A stretch of DNA of 64,000 nucleotides, taken from assembly GCA_964654485.1 (NCBI GenBank), contig CAZZJI010000011.1:1256-65255 (forward strand), in the 5' to 3' direction. The translations under genes and the position numbers were made by a program. Source of the DNA: an uncultured Gammaproteobacteria bacterium. GTDB taxonomy: Bacteria > Pseudomonadota > Gammaproteobacteria > SG8-11. The notes below the pieces were generated by a model that saw nothing but the letters and a program-made list of their open reading frames with translations, ran no database searches and was not told the DNA's origin. Numbering within the stretch: the stretch's first letter is position 1; every line of letters begins with the position of its first letter. Shown piece after piece: positions 27,512 to 38,258 of this stretch.

Positions 27512-28282
27512 TTACCTTACCACTCCCCTTTCGCTTTTTTTTAAAAAATCGCCCATTACTTTTACCACATCAAACTGATCGGCCAGTTCGTCTATTTGTG
27601 TTATTGCTTTTTCGAAGGCGAGATTTGAACGATAGAGTATTTTATAGGCTTTTTTAAGGGCATTGATTTCATCTATTGAAAATTCGCGGCGTTTAAGCCC
27701 TTCGGTGTTTAATCCATAGGGTTTAGCCATATGACCAGATACGAGTACATAGGGTGGCACGTCTTTGGATATTGCACTGCCCATCGCCGTGAATGAATGC
27801 ACACCCAATGTGCAAAATTGATGAACCAGTGTAAAACCACCCAAGATAACAAAGTCTTCGATATTTACGTGGCCAGCGAGCGTCGCATTGTTAGCAAAGA
27901 TAGTGTTATTTCCAACCTGGCAATCATGCGCGATGTGTACATAGGCCATGATCCAGTTGTCGTTACCTAATCGCGTAGCACCAATATCCTGAGCTGTTCC
28001 GCGACTAAAAGTACAATATTCGCGAATAACATTGCGATCACCTATCTCCAGCGTAGTGGCTTCACCCTGGTATTTCTTGTCTTGTGGTTCTTCGCCAAGG
28101 GAGGAAAACTGAAATATTTTATTTTCACGGCCGATTTTCGTTGGCCCGTTAATAACGACATGGGGCCCAACCCAGGTATCTTCGCCAATTTCAACATCGG
28201 GGCCAATTATTGAAAAGGGACCAATAGAAACACCGGATGCAATCCTGGCGCTGGGATCAATGATGGCTCGTGAATCGATCAA
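27512..28282 (-). CDS. lpxA: Acyl-ACP--UDP-N-acetylglucosamine O-acyltransferase
   Basis: Hexapeptide-repeat left-handed beta-helix followed by a helical C-terminus. Synteny fabZ-lpxA. Confidence 0.95.
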   Translation of the reverse strand: MIDSRAIIDPSARIASGVSIGPFSIIGPDVEIGEDTWVGPHVVINGPTKIGRENKIFQFSSLGEEPQDKKYQGEATTLEIGDRNVIREYCTFSRGTAQDIGATRLGNDNWIMAYVHIAHDCQVGNNTIFANNATLAGHVNIEDFVILGGFTLVHQFCTLGVHSFTAMGSAISKDVPPYVLVSGHMAKPYGLNTEGLKRREFSIDEINALKKAYKILYRSNLAFEKAITQIDELADQFDVVKVMGDFLKKSERGVVR

Positions 28283-28386
28283 AACTGTTCCGAATAATTC
28301 ATGTCCGAAAAAAATATTCTCTGTAAAACCCTGTCTGTATAAACTATAAATGCTCAGTCTATAAAGGCCAAGTGATTCATTTAGTA

Positions 28387-28848
28387 CTACGCATCCCGTT
28401 CAGCACACATAATTTCAGCTGAACATACGACATTTTCATCAACTTTTGCGGTGGCTTCAAACTTCCATATACCGCGCTTCGCTTTCTTAAAAACGACATC
28501 CAGAATGAGTTGATCACCCGGCACCACGGGTTGTTTAAATCGTGCGTTATCAACACCCACAAAATAATACAAGCGACCATCTTCTGGCGGATGCCCTACT
28601 GTTTGAAAGGCGAGAATACCGGACGCCTGTGCCATGGCCTCTAAAATGAGTACACCTGGAAAGACTTTGTACTTAGGAAAATGGCCGGTAAAATAGGGTT
28701 CGTTATAGGAGATATTTTTTAATGCAATGATGGATTCGCCTGGTTTGCATTCCAGAATTCGATCCAATAATAAAAAAGGATATCGATGAGGCAGGTTTTC
28801 TAGAATTCCATTGATATCTAACCTACATTCCTCGTTCTTTGATTCCAC
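28387..28848 (-). CDS. fabZ: 3-hydroxyacyl-ACP dehydratase
   Basis: Motifs [12 protein letters not shown] and FTGHFP…[11 protein letters not shown] are present. Confidence 0.95.
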   Translation of the reverse strand: MESKNEECRLDINGILENLPHRYPFLLLDRILECKPGESIIALKNISYNEPYFTGHFPKYKVFPGVLILEAMAQASGILAFQTVGHPPEDGRLYYFVGVDNARFKQPVVPGDQLILDVVFKKAKRGIWKFEATAKVDENVVCSAEIMCAERDA

Positions 28849-28974
28849 TCGCTTTGGCCCTTTTTATCATTCTGATACGATTAAAAATCCAGTTCGATAC
28901 CTAATTCAAGATTAGGACTAGTACTCCGTTAAGCGAGTATTTATCGAGTATATTGAATCACACTTACGTTTTGC

Positions 28975-30018
28975 TTAGCGCGCTATGCTGCCCTTTGCTG
29001 CCCTTTGCTTAGAGTCCAGTTCATTAATTTTTCGCGCAATTTTATCCAACTGCTTAATTCGCACTGCATTTTTTTGCCAGGCACTGTTTTTTTCCAACAA
29101 TGTGCCTGACGAATAGACCCCAGGTTCAGTAATCGAATGAGTCACCATTGACATCGCGGTAACCGTCACATTATCGGTTATCTCAATGTGCCCCACAATG
29201 CCCACCGCACCCGCGATCCTGCAATTTTTTCCGATTTTAGCGCTACCCGCTATCGCAGAGCATGCTACAACCACGGTATGCTGGCCGATGTGAACATTAT
29301 GTGCTACTTGGATCAGGTTATCTAACTTAACACCATCTCCAATAACCGTATCTTCAAGGGCTCCCCGGTCAATCGTCGTATTTGCACCTATTTCAACGTC
29401 GTCGCCGATACACACCCGGCCTAACTGGGGTACTTTTATCCATTGGTCATTTTTCTGTTTAGCGATACCGAATCCGTCCGCACCGATAACAACACCAGGG
29501 TGGATCAGCGCCCGTTTGCCGATCTGTGTATCATGCCAGATTGTCACATTCGCATCCAATCGACAGCCCTCTCCCAACGTAGAATGCTTACCAATTAAGC
29601 AACCTGGTCCTATTATTGTGCCAGAATGTAACGTGACATCATCTTCAACCACGCACTGCGGGCCAATCCAGACTTGATCATGAATATTCGCCGAATCACT
29701 GACAACCGCGCTCGGATGGATGCCGGTCTGTTCAGATAACAGCGGCGGATTTAAATAGGTCGCAATGATTGCGTAAGCGACATAGGGGTCATCCACGACA
29801 ATAGCGTTGACCAGGCAACCCACTTTGTCCGCCTCATTTATAATGACTGCAGATGCTTTGGTATTTTTAAGATGCTTTCGGTATTTGGAATTCGATAAAA
29901 AAGCGATTTGACCTGCGCGCGCGCGCTCAAGAGTAGCTACGCGATTAATTACACACTGCGAATCTCCAATGACTTGTCCGTTTACCTGTTTTGCGAGTTC
30001 ATTAAGTGTAAACGTCAT
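28975..30018 (-). CDS. lpxD: UDP-3-O-acylglucosamine N-acyltransferase
   Basis: Hexapeptide repeats, 347 aa. Synteny skp-lpxD-fabZ. Confidence 0.95.
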   Translation of the reverse strand: MTFTLNELAKQVNGQVIGDSQCVINRVATLERARAGQIAFLSNSKYRKHLKNTKASAVIINEADKVGCLVNAIVVDDPYVAYAIIATYLNPPLLSEQTGIHPSAVVSDSANIHDQVWIGPQCVVEDDVTLHSGTIIGPGCLIGKHSTLGEGCRLDANVTIWHDTQIGKRALIHPGVVIGADGFGIAKQKNDQWIKVPQLGRVCIGDDVEIGANTTIDRGALEDTVIGDGVKLDNLIQVAHNVHIGQHTVVVACSAIAGSAKIGKNCRIAGAVGIVGHIEITDNVTVTAMSMVTHSITEPGVYSSGTLLEKNSAWQKNAVRIKQLDKIARKINELDSKQRAAKGSIAR

Positions 30019-30039
30019 TTGAGTAATTCAATCTGCAAA

Positions 30040-30630
30040 TTATTTTTTTGATTTATTAGAACGTTTATCCATCAATTTTAGGCGTTGAACGACCTTATCC
30101 GTTATATCAACATTGTCACTCGCATAGATAACACCATCGGTTAATATTAAATCGTATTTCCCTTCTTTTGCGATAGAAACGATAACTTCCGATACGCGTT
30201 TCTGAAGTTTTCCAAATTCTTCATTTCGCCTTAAATTCAAGTCTTCACGAAACTCATCCTGACCACGTTTAAAATCACGCTTTAGCGAAACAATGTCGCG
30301 CTCCAGTTTTCGACGCGTTGATTCGCTCATGATGGCGCTATCACGTTCCAAGTCACCTTCCAGTGAGCGCAACTTTTTTTGTATTTCCAGAAGTTTTTTG
30401 TCTCTAGGTGCAAACTCTTGCTCAAGTTTCTTGCGAGCCGCATCTGCCTGCGGTGCATCCTCTATTACTTTAGCGGCGTTTACCACCCCGACTTTTAAGC
30501 TAGCTGCGTAGGTTGTTGACAATGGTATCAGTGCGAGCAATACGCATGACAGAAAGTGAGTACTCCATTTTAACTTAGACACTGTCAACTTAGACATAGT
30601 CAACTTGCTCATATAATAATCAATCTTCAC
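30040..30630 (-). CDS. skp: Periplasmic chaperone Skp (OmpH family)
   Basis: A coiled-coil-rich OmpH-like sequence downstream of bamA. The N-terminus contains a duplicated MSKLT/VSKL segment, so the start is uncertain. The GTG at 30630 has SD GAGAAGG. Confidence 0.85.
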   Translation of the reverse strand: MKIDYYMSKLTMSKLTVSKLKWSTHFLSCVLLALIPLSTTYAASLKVGVVNAAKVIEDAPQADAARKKLEQEFAPRDKKLLEIQKKLRSLEGDLERDSAIMSESTRRKLERDIVSLKRDFKRGQDEFREDLNLRRNEEFGKLQKRVSEVIVSIAKEGKYDLILTDGVIYASDNVDITDKVVQRLKLMDKRSNKSKK

Positions 30631-30737
30631 AATAACCTTCTCTTATATTTACAGTTCTTAAACAACATGTTGCTATAGGTATAACTAACTAATAGCTCTG
30701 AACAATAACTCCGAACAACAGCAACTAAAAGATGCTA

Positions 30738-30770
30738 TAAAATGATCACCTAAAATGATCACCTAAAATG
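30738..30770. repeat. 13-nt tandem duplication TAAAATGATCACC x2.5 spanning the bamA stop codon
   Basis: Read directly: TAAAATGATCACC TAAAATGATCACC TAAAATG. Confidence 0.8.
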
Positions 30771-33105
30771 GCGCTCCAATCGTAAACTGGAATAACTCTG
30801 TTTCATCTTCCTTTTCTTCGTTAATCGGAAATCCCCAGTTAAAGGATAGCACGCCTACTGGCGTAACCCACAGTGCAAAAAGACCGTACGAGGCGCGTAA
30901 ATCCCTGGATTCATAAGAGTCTACGTCCAAAAACACGTTACCAGCATCTACAAAGGTACCCATCCTGAAAGATCTGCTATTTTCAACGAAAGGTAAGGGG
31001 AAAATCAACTCGATATTACCGACTACTTTTAGTACACCCCCGATGATGTCGTTTGTCGCCTCTGGATCGCCAGGAAATACATCGTTATCTCTAGGTCCAA
31101 GTCTATTTGCTTTGAATCCTCGCACTGAGCGACTCCCCCCCGCATAAAAACGCTTGAAAAAAGGGTATTCACGAGTGTCGCCAAACGCGTCTCCAAAAGA
31201 TAGTATCCCCTTTAAACGCAAGGTAAAACCTTTTCCCAAACCCCAATTCGAATCCTGATTTAATGTGAATTGGTAGTATTCCAGACCAGCGCCCGGTAAC
31301 GTAAATTCGGTATTAAACCGCGTTAAGTGCCCGTCATCTGCGAGAAAAGTGCGATCTCGGGTATCGTGGACCCACCCCGCAGTGACAGATAAGGTATTAA
31401 AATCGCTACCGTGACCTTTAACGTTCCCTTCTCCTGGAATTTCACCACCGTCAACCCAGGTGCGAAAAAATTTAGCCGTATCTAACTGCAAATTGATATC
31501 TGTATTCTGAGCCGCCACACCGAGGCGTGCTGTCATGAATTCGTTTATCGGAAAGCCGTAATTTACTCTCACGCCTCTGTCATCCAGATTAAAAGCCGCG
31601 ACGTTGGATCTGCTCGCATCCGTTTTGCGCAAGAACAAACTGAGACGACGACTGATACCGCTTTCTGTATAATAGGGATTGCTATAGGAAAAACTATAGA
31701 TCGTGTTAAAAGCATCATTACTGGCTTCAAAACTAACCAGCTTGCCCGTGCCAACAAAATTATTCAGCGATACTTTGGCATTAAATAATATGCCACGTGG
31801 TTCACCGTAACCGACACCACCTTGTACAGTCCCGGTCGAACCCTCTACAACTTTCAGATTTATGTCTACCTGATCGCTGGTCCCCGGTACCTGTGGTGTT
31901 TCAATATTGATGTCTTCAAAAAATCCCAGGCGCTGAAGTCGTGTTCGCGTGCGACTCAGCTTCTTCGGTTCATACCATGATCCTTCCAACTGGCGAAATT
32001 CACGCCGAATAACTTCGTCATCAGTTTTATCATTACCGGTCACGTTAATTCGCCGTACATAAACCCGTTTTCCTGGATCAATGAAGAAAGTAAGTGATAC
32101 TTTCTTTTTATCATCATCAACATCCGGAATTGCATTAACATTGGTAAACGCGTATCCCTCATCACCAAGAAGCTCAGTGATACTGTTGCTTATTAGCGAA
32201 ATTTTTTGTCTGGAAAAAACATCGCCCTTTAATATTTTTATCTGTTTAAGCAACTCCTCTCTGGGAATAACCATTTCACCCGCCAGACTCACTTCATCAA
32301 CGAAATATTTATCACCCTCGGCAACGTTAATAGTAACGAAAATATCTTTTTTATTTGGCGATATAGTCACTTGTGTTGACAATATTTTGAAATTTATAAA
32401 CCCTCTATCCAAATAATAGGAACGCAGTGTTTCCAGATCTGCCCTTAATTTCGGCTGGGAATATTTATCAGCATCGCTAAAGAACGAAGTATCTTCTGAT
32501 TCTGCTAACTCAAAAGAATTAATTAACTGCTCATCGTCAAACACATCGTTGCCAACAATATTAATTCGGCGAATTTGTGCGGCTTGTCCTTCAAATATTT
32601 GTATGGAAATATCAACTCGATTCCTCGCTTTTGAGACAACTTTTGTAACGATTTTCATTCCATACTTGCCCCTGCTGAAATATTGCTGGCGTAGGCTTTG
32701 CTCTACATTATCAAGCAGGGAACGATTGAAAATCTGGCTTTCGGCAAGACCGAGTTTTTTAAGTTCAGTTTTAAGCGTATCGGAATCAATATCCTTGTTT
32801 CCAGACATTGAAATGCTGGCGATGGCAGGACGCTCTTCAATATTGACTATTAATACGCCACCATCACGCTCAAGCGATATATCCTTATAAAAACCTGATT
32901 TGAATAGAGAGCGAATTACTTCAGCAGAACGCTTATGATCTATAGTTTCACCTACTTTGATCGTTAATCCATTGAGAACAGCGCCCAATGAGATCCTTTG
33001 AAGGCCGTTGACCTTTATGTCTTTAACGACAAAAGGTTCAAATGCCCAGCTATGGGACGGAAGAAAAAACGTTATTATTAGAATTAGCAGTAATTTATTT
33101 TTCAA
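30763..33105 (-). CDS. bamA: Outer-membrane protein assembly factor BamA
   Basis: POTRA repeats plus a C-terminal beta-barrel ending …FQFTIGAPF. Length 780 aa. The start codon is TTG. Confidence 0.95.
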   Translation of the reverse strand: MKNKLLLILIITFFLPSHSWAFEPFVVKDIKVNGLQRISLGAVLNGLTIKVGETIDHKRSAEVIRSLFKSGFYKDISLERDGGVLIVNIEERPAIASISMSGNKDIDSDTLKTELKKLGLAESQIFNRSLLDNVEQSLRQQYFSRGKYGMKIVTKVVSKARNRVDISIQIFEGQAAQIRRINIVGNDVFDDEQLINSFELAESEDTSFFSDADKYSQPKLRADLETLRSYYLDRGFINFKILSTQVTISPNKKDIFVTINVAEGDKYFVDEVSLAGEMVIPREELLKQIKILKGDVFSRQKISLISNSITELLGDEGYAFTNVNAIPDVDDDKKKVSLTFFIDPGKRVYVRRINVTGNDKTDDEVIRREFRQLEGSWYEPKKLSRTRTRLQRLGFFEDINIETPQVPGTSDQVDINLKVVEGSTGTVQGGVGYGEPRGILFNAKVSLNNFVGTGKLVSFEASNDAFNTIYSFSYSNPYYTESGISRRLSLFLRKTDASRSNVAAFNLDDRGVRVNYGFPINEFMTARLGVAAQNTDINLQLDTAKFFRTWVDGGEIPGEGNVKGHGSDFNTLSVTAGWVHDTRDRTFLADDGHLTRFNTEFTLPGAGLEYYQFTLNQDSNWGLGKGFTLRLKGILSFGDAFGDTREYPFFKRFYAGGSRSVRGFKANRLGPRDNDVFPGDPEATNDIIGGVLKVVGNIELIFPLPFVENSRSFRMGTFVDAGNVFLDVDSYESRDLRASYGLFALWVTPVGVLSFNWGFPINEEKEDETELFQFTIGAPF

Positions 33106-33202
33106 TGTTACTTTCGCTTGTAGTGACTTCTTTCGCTTACAGTTACCTATAGTTATTTACTATTTATCTACTTACTTATTTATTCACTTATGATAGTTAC
33201 AG

Positions 33203-34567
33203 CTAACTAAAAATGCGCGCAAAATCATTATAAATAGCGACAGACATAAGAAGGAATAAAAACACCATACCCACCCGTTGAAACATTAGTTCAATATTCT
33301 CAGCCAATGGGCTACCTTTAATCAATTCAATAATATAAAACATCAGGTGCCCGCCATCCAGCAGCGGGATAGGTAATAAGTTAAGAACCCCCAGGCTAAT
33401 GCTGACTATGGCTAAAAATAACAAAAAAGCATCCCATCCAATACTCGCAGTTTGACCCGCATAATCAGCAATAGTAAGTGGCCCACTTAAGTTATCTAAC
33501 GATATTTCTCCAAACAACATTTTTCCTATCATACGAAGTGTCAAAACGGACATATCCCATGTTTTTTCACCCGCTGCGATCAACGCCTTACCGGGAGAAT
33601 ACTTCTCTAATACACGAAGCTCGGAGGTTAACCCGGAAACATCAGGCGCAGCACCTATGCGTCCTATTTCTTCGCCATTCTTTGTTACTATGCGCGCCGG
33701 AATTATTTGCAGATTAGTACGTACTCCCTGCCGTTCCACTTCTATTGAAATGCGTTTTTCTGGCCGTGCCTGTACATATTTGACCCAGGCATCCCAGTCA
33801 TCCATCTGTTGATTGTCTGCAAATAAAATGGTATCACCCACTTTCAAGCCAGCGTCGAGCGCTCGACCATTTTCGATCAATTTACCAATGACAACGGGTA
33901 TTTTTGGATGGTATTGTGAAATACCCAATTCTTCAAGAATGCGGCCATCTTTTATTTCTGACATGATTAAACGCATATCCAGGTCGACAATCCGGGAACG
34001 TCTGTCCTGATCCTCTACCTGAAGCTCCACGACTGATTTATCCAGTGACTTCGCTATCAACGTCATCCTGGCACTACCCCACGACGTTGTATTATCACCA
34101 TCAATGGAAATAATTTGATCTGCAAACTTTAGCCCGGCGCGTTGCGCAATGGATCCTTCCTCAACTTCACCAATAATAGGTTTAATACCCGGCACGCCCA
34201 TCACGAACATGACCCAATAAGCAAAAATAGCAAAAATAAAATTAAACAAAGGACCAGCAAAAACAATTGCAAATCGTTTGCCAAGCGACTGCCGATTAAA
34301 TGCGCGCGGCAAATCCTCCTCCGCTACATTACCCTCTCGTTCATCGAGCATTTTTACGTAACCGCCCAACGGAATGGCAGCGATGACATATTCTGTTTGG
34401 TCGGCGCCAGCCACCCGTTTCCACAAGGGTCGGCCAAAACCAACAGAGAATCGCAATACTTTTACACCCGCTCGGCGTGCAACCCAGTAATGACCAAACT
34501 CATGTATGGTGATCAATATTCCCAGAGCGAAAATAAAGGCTGCGATTGAAAATAAAATATGACCCAT
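33203..34567 (-). CDS. rseP: RIP zinc metalloprotease RseP
   Basis: HEFGH lies 21 residues after the Met of MGHILFS, matching the spacing in E. coli RseP. PDZ domains are present. The ATG at 34567 overlaps the dxr stop (TGATG). The track's longer start at 34600 is less likely. Confidence 0.9.
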   Translation of the reverse strand: MGHILFSIAAFIFALGILITIHEFGHYWVARRAGVKVLRFSVGFGRPLWKRVAGADQTEYVIAAIPLGGYVKMLDEREGNVAEEDLPRAFNRQSLGKRFAIVFAGPLFNFIFAIFAYWVMFVMGVPGIKPIIGEVEEGSIAQRAGLKFADQIISIDGDNTTSWGSARMTLIAKSLDKSVVELQVEDQDRRSRIVDLDMRLIMSEIKDGRILEELGISQYHPKIPVVIGKLIENGRALDAGLKVGDTILFADNQQMDDWDAWVKYVQARPEKRISIEVERQGVRTNLQIIPARIVTKNGEEIGRIGAAPDVSGLTSELRVLEKYSPGKALIAAGEKTWDMSVLTLRMIGKMLFGEISLDNLSGPLTIADYAGQTASIGWDAFLLFLAIVSISLGVLNLLPIPLLDGGHLMFYIIELIKGSPLAENIELMFQRVGMVFLFLLMSVAIYNDFARIFS

Positions 34568-35874
34568 CAGTGAACCCGTATCGACATTGTTTTGATACAC
34601 TCTTGCGTCACTGCTCGCGCCTGCTCATCAACACGCAATACTGTTTCCAGCGTATCTACCTCTGTATAAGTCATGTTCTCCAGAGTTCTTTCAACGACGC
34701 TAGCGATATCAACAAAAGCTAACCTCTCATTTAAAAAGGCATCTACGGCAACTTCATTTGCTGCATTTAAAATCGCCGGTGCTGTACCACCTGTTTTACT
34801 CACTTCTATTGCCAATTTCAAACAGGGAAATCGTGCCAAATCCGGTTTTTCAAATTCTAAAAGGGCGATGTCAAATATGTCTAATCGTTGCACACCAGAA
34901 TCGATACGCTCGGGCCAAGCCAGCGCATGGGCGATCGGCGTACGCATGTCTGGATTGCCGAGTTGCGCCAATATAGATCCATCTATATATTCCACCATTG
35001 AATGAATCACGCTCTGCGGATGAATCACCACTTGAATAGATTCCGCGTTTGTATTAAACAACCAGCAGGCTTCGATCACTTCAAGGCCTTTATTCATCAT
35101 CGTGGCACAATCCACCGATATTTTTTTACCCATAGACCAAACAGGATGGGCGCACGCTTGCGCGGGTGTAATATTGTTGATTTCATCCAGAGGTGTATCT
35201 TTAAATGGACCACCTGATGCGGTTAACAAAATTCGACTTATTCCCATTTCTGCCAAATTATGTGGCAACGTCTGATTAGTAGCTAATTGATCGTTAGCGC
35301 TATTGTCTGTGTTACAGTGTACTTGCCGTGGCATACACTGAAAAATAGCATTGTGCTCGCTATCGATAGGCAATAGTGTCACATTATTCTCCCGCACAGC
35401 ATCCATAAAAATCGATCCTGACATCACCAACGCTTCTTTATTAGCCAACAATATCCGTTTACCTGCCTTTGCCGCAGCCAACGTCGGTACCAAACCCGCC
35501 GCACCTACTATCGCCGCCATCACACAGGATACTTGTGGTAAACCCGCCACTTTTTCCAAACCAGATACACCACTCAATATTTCTATCTGCAACCCCATTT
35601 GAGTCTTCAACCTCATTTGAGTCACAGCAGCGCTTAAAAGTTCCGCCGCATCTTCATCGACCATAACGACATAGTCCGGCCGATGGTCTTTACATAATTG
35701 CGTCATTCTCTCGACTTGTGAATAACCGGTAAGTGCAACAACACGAAATTTATCAGGGTAGCGTGAAACAACATCTAAGGTATTAATCCCTATTGAACCT
35801 GTAGCACCGAGTATTGCCAGCCCAATCGGTTGGGAATCTTCCTGCCGCGATCGCCCCTTTTTTGTTGTTGTCAT
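34567..35874 (-). CDS. dxr: 1-deoxy-D-xylulose-5-phosphate reductoisomerase
   Basis: NADPH-binding motif ILGATGSIG and the motifs DSEHNAIFQ and SGGPF are present. Confidence 0.95.
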   Translation of the reverse strand: MTTTKKGRSRQEDSQPIGLAILGATGSIGINTLDVVSRYPDKFRVVALTGYSQVERMTQLCKDHRPDYVVMVDEDAAELLSAAVTQMRLKTQMGLQIEILSGVSGLEKVAGLPQVSCVMAAIVGAAGLVPTLAAAKAGKRILLANKEALVMSGSIFMDAVRENNVTLLPIDSEHNAIFQCMPRQVHCNTDNSANDQLATNQTLPHNLAEMGISRILLTASGGPFKDTPLDEINNITPAQACAHPVWSMGKKISVDCATMMNKGLEVIEACWLFNTNAESIQVVIHPQSVIHSMVEYIDGSILAQLGNPDMRTPIAHALAWPERIDSGVQRLDIFDIALLEFEKPDLARFPCLKLAIEVSKTGGTAPAILNAANEVAVDAFLNERLAFVDIASVVERTLENMTYTEVDTLETVLRVDEQARAVTQECIKTMSIRVH

Positions 35875-36704
35875 TTAATCATATCCTGTAACAACAACCC
35901 GGCAACAAATACTGGCGCGGCAGCCGTAAGGCTATCAATACGGTCGAGCATTCCCCCGTGTCCGGGAAATATACGACCGCTGTCTTTTACCTGTGCTTTT
36001 CGCTTAATCATACTTTCAAACAAGTCACCCAGAACAGAAAAGAATAATATCATGATACAAAAGGGTACAAATATCAAAAGTTGAATGATGGTTAATTTAA
36101 ATATGAAAGCCCCAAAAACAGCGGATAAAAGCGCGACAACAATTGCAGCCCCCCATAAACCTTCCCAAGTTTTGGCCGGGCTAATATTCGGTGATAATTT
36201 TCTGGATCCCCAACGTCGGCCAGCAAAAAAAGCACCCGAATCGGCAAACGAATTCATTAATATTATAAAAAATACAAAAAGTGGCCCGTACACTTTATTT
36301 GCGTGCAAGCTCACCAACGCTAACCAAGTCGGCACCAGAACAATTAAGCCAATCAGCACAATCAATAAATAGGGCCGGTGCCGAATATTAAATCCCTGTG
36401 ACTTACCAAACAACAATACAGCACACAGTAACCACCAGATAACTGCACTAAATAAAATCACATCTATTAGCTGCGAGTCTACTGCAAGCAAAAACCACAA
36501 CCCCGCCATAACAGACAATAGCAGAAATAAAAAAAACCCCCGTTGCCAAAGTGCTTCCATGTCAGTCAATTGAGTCCATTCAACGCCCGCGACCACCATA
36601 CATACGCCTATCAACGCAGCAAAATAAGCGCTGTTTAAACCAAAGATAGCCCACACTATAAAACCAGTTAGAAAGATGGTGGTGATCCAACGTTGCTTAA
36701 GCAC
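35871..36704 (-). CDS. cdsA: Phosphatidate cytidylyltransferase
   Basis: A multi-pass membrane protein with the C-terminal signature …GDLFESMIKRKAQVKDSG…PGHGGMLDRIDS. Confidence 0.9.
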   Translation of the reverse strand: MLKQRWITTIFLTGFIVWAIFGLNSAYFAALIGVCMVVAGVEWTQLTDMEALWQRGFFLFLLLSVMAGLWFLLAVDSQLIDVILFSAVIWWLLCAVLLFGKSQGFNIRHRPYLLIVLIGLIVLVPTWLALVSLHANKVYGPLFVFFIILMNSFADSGAFFAGRRWGSRKLSPNISPAKTWEGLWGAAIVVALLSAVFGAFIFKLTIIQLLIFVPFCIMILFFSVLGDLFESMIKRKAQVKDSGRIFPGHGGMLDRIDSLTAAAPVFVAGLLLQDMIK

Positions 36705-37470
36705 GTTCTAACAACTCCACCTGTTCACCGGTTTGTCCAAATCGTCGCTGTCTTCCTGCAAAGGACTCAAGCGCATCTGCGAGCGCCTGTTTATCGAAGT
36801 CTGGCCACAAAGTATCTGTAAAATACATCTCAGTGTAAGCAAGCTGCCACAATAAAAAGTTGCTTATACGTTGTTCCCCGCCGGTGCGTATAAAAAAATC
36901 CGGCTCTGGAAATTCTGTTAATGAAAGATAAGAATCCAGAAGCTCAGAAGTAATATCAGACGCATTTATTTTGCCCGCAGCGACTTGTTCACCCATTTTT
37001 TTTGCCGCTTGTGTAATGTCCCAACGACCACCGTAATTTGCAGCTATAACAACCACTAAACCGGTGTTATCTTCTGTTAGTCTTTCCGCTTCGGCTACTT
37101 TATTTTGCAAGCGGCGATTAAAACTCGATCTATCCCCAATAACTTTTAATTTCACATTGTTCTTATGAAGTTTTCTAACCTCGCGACCTAGCGCAGTGAC
37201 AAACAATTCCATAAGTAAACTGACTTCTTTTTCGGGCCGCCGCCAGTTCTCACTACTAAAAGCAAACAGGGTCAACACTTCAATTTCTTTTTTCGCACAC
37301 AATTCAACCACTCCGCGCACTGTTTCAACACCTGCTTTATGCCCGGCAATGCGTGGCAAACGCCGCTTTAAAGCCCAACGACCATTGCCATCCATTATCA
37401 TCGCGACATGGCGAGGTAAATTTTGAGGTACGGGTATTTTATTTTCGGTATGATTGTTGTTTGCTAACAT
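36697..37470 (-). CDS. uppS: Undecaprenyl-diphosphate synthase
   Basis: Motifs HVAMIMDGNGRWA and FSSENWRRP are present. Confidence 0.95.
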   Translation of the reverse strand: MLANNNHTENKIPVPQNLPRHVAMIMDGNGRWALKRRLPRIAGHKAGVETVRGVVELCAKKEIEVLTLFAFSSENWRRPEKEVSLLMELFVTALGREVRKLHKNNVKLKVIGDRSSFNRRLQNKVAEAERLTEDNTGLVVVIAANYGGRWDITQAAKKMGEQVAAGKINASDITSELLDSYLSLTEFPEPDFFIRTGGEQRISNFLLWQLAYTEMYFTDTLWPDFDKQALADALESFAGRQRRFGQTGEQVELLERA

Positions 37471-37512
37471 TTGAGAAGACTTTTCATAACTGATTTTTTT
37501 ATTGCTAACTTT

Positions 37513-37546
37513 ATTATGACTAAAAAGGATTATGACTAAAAAGGAT
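37513..37546. repeat. 16-nt tandem duplication ATTATGACTAAAAAGG x2 in the frr-uppS intergenic region
   Basis: Read directly. A second nearby direct repeat, CATAGTTAT(T/C)AC x2, lies around 37594-37622. Confidence 0.8.
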
Positions 37547-37697
37547 AGCTGCCTGTTTCTGGCTGACGTCTGTCTATTAGACTTTCTTTACTGCATAGTT
37601 ATTACAACCATAGTTATCACGTAGAACTCAACCGTTAGTGGGAATATTGTTATAAGTTAAGGCACTACATTAATTAATATTGGAAATATGAAAATTA

Positions 37698-38255
37698 TTA
37701 TATTTCCATTAGATCTTTTTCTTTTTCTAGCAATAATTTTTCTACTTCTGCAACACATTTATCAGTAATTTTTTGAACACCGTCTTGTGCCTGCCTTTCT
37801 TCATCTTCGGTAATCTCTTTTTCTTTTAGCAACTCCTTAAAATCATGATTTGCATCTCGACGAATATTGCGAATCGCAACGCGTGCTGCTTCGCCTTCTG
37901 AACGTACAAGCTTTATCATGTCACGACGCCGCTCCTCGGTTAACGCAGGCAGTGGGACTCGAATAACGTCTCCCGCAGCAGCCGGATTCAAACCCAGATC
38001 AGAATTTCTAATTGCCTTCTCAACATCCTGCGCCACACCTTTTTCCCATGGCGTAACGGTTAGCATACGCGCATCCGCCACAGAAATGTTAGCTACCTGG
38101 CTTATCGGCACATCGCTTCCATAATAAGATACCATGACGTGATCAAGCAGGCTGGGATTAGCTCTACCTGTGCGCAGCTTACTCAGATCATTCTTTAGTG
38201 CGTCAATGCTCTTACCCATGCGTTTCTCTGCATCCTGTTTAATGGCGCCAATCAT
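37698..38255 (-). CDS. frr: Ribosome recycling factor
   Basis: 185 aa with typical RRF sequence (…[12 protein letters not shown]…). Synteny pyrH-frr. Confidence 0.95.
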   Translation of the reverse strand: MIGAIKQDAEKRMGKSIDALKNDLSKLRTGRANPSLLDHVMVSYYGSDVPISQVANISVADARMLTVTPWEKGVAQDVEKAIRNSDLGLNPAAAGDVIRVPLPALTEERRRDMIKLVRSEGEAARVAIRNIRRDANHDFKELLKEKEITEDEERQAQDGVQKITDKCVAEVEKLLLEKEKDLMEI

Positions 38256-38258
38256 CGC

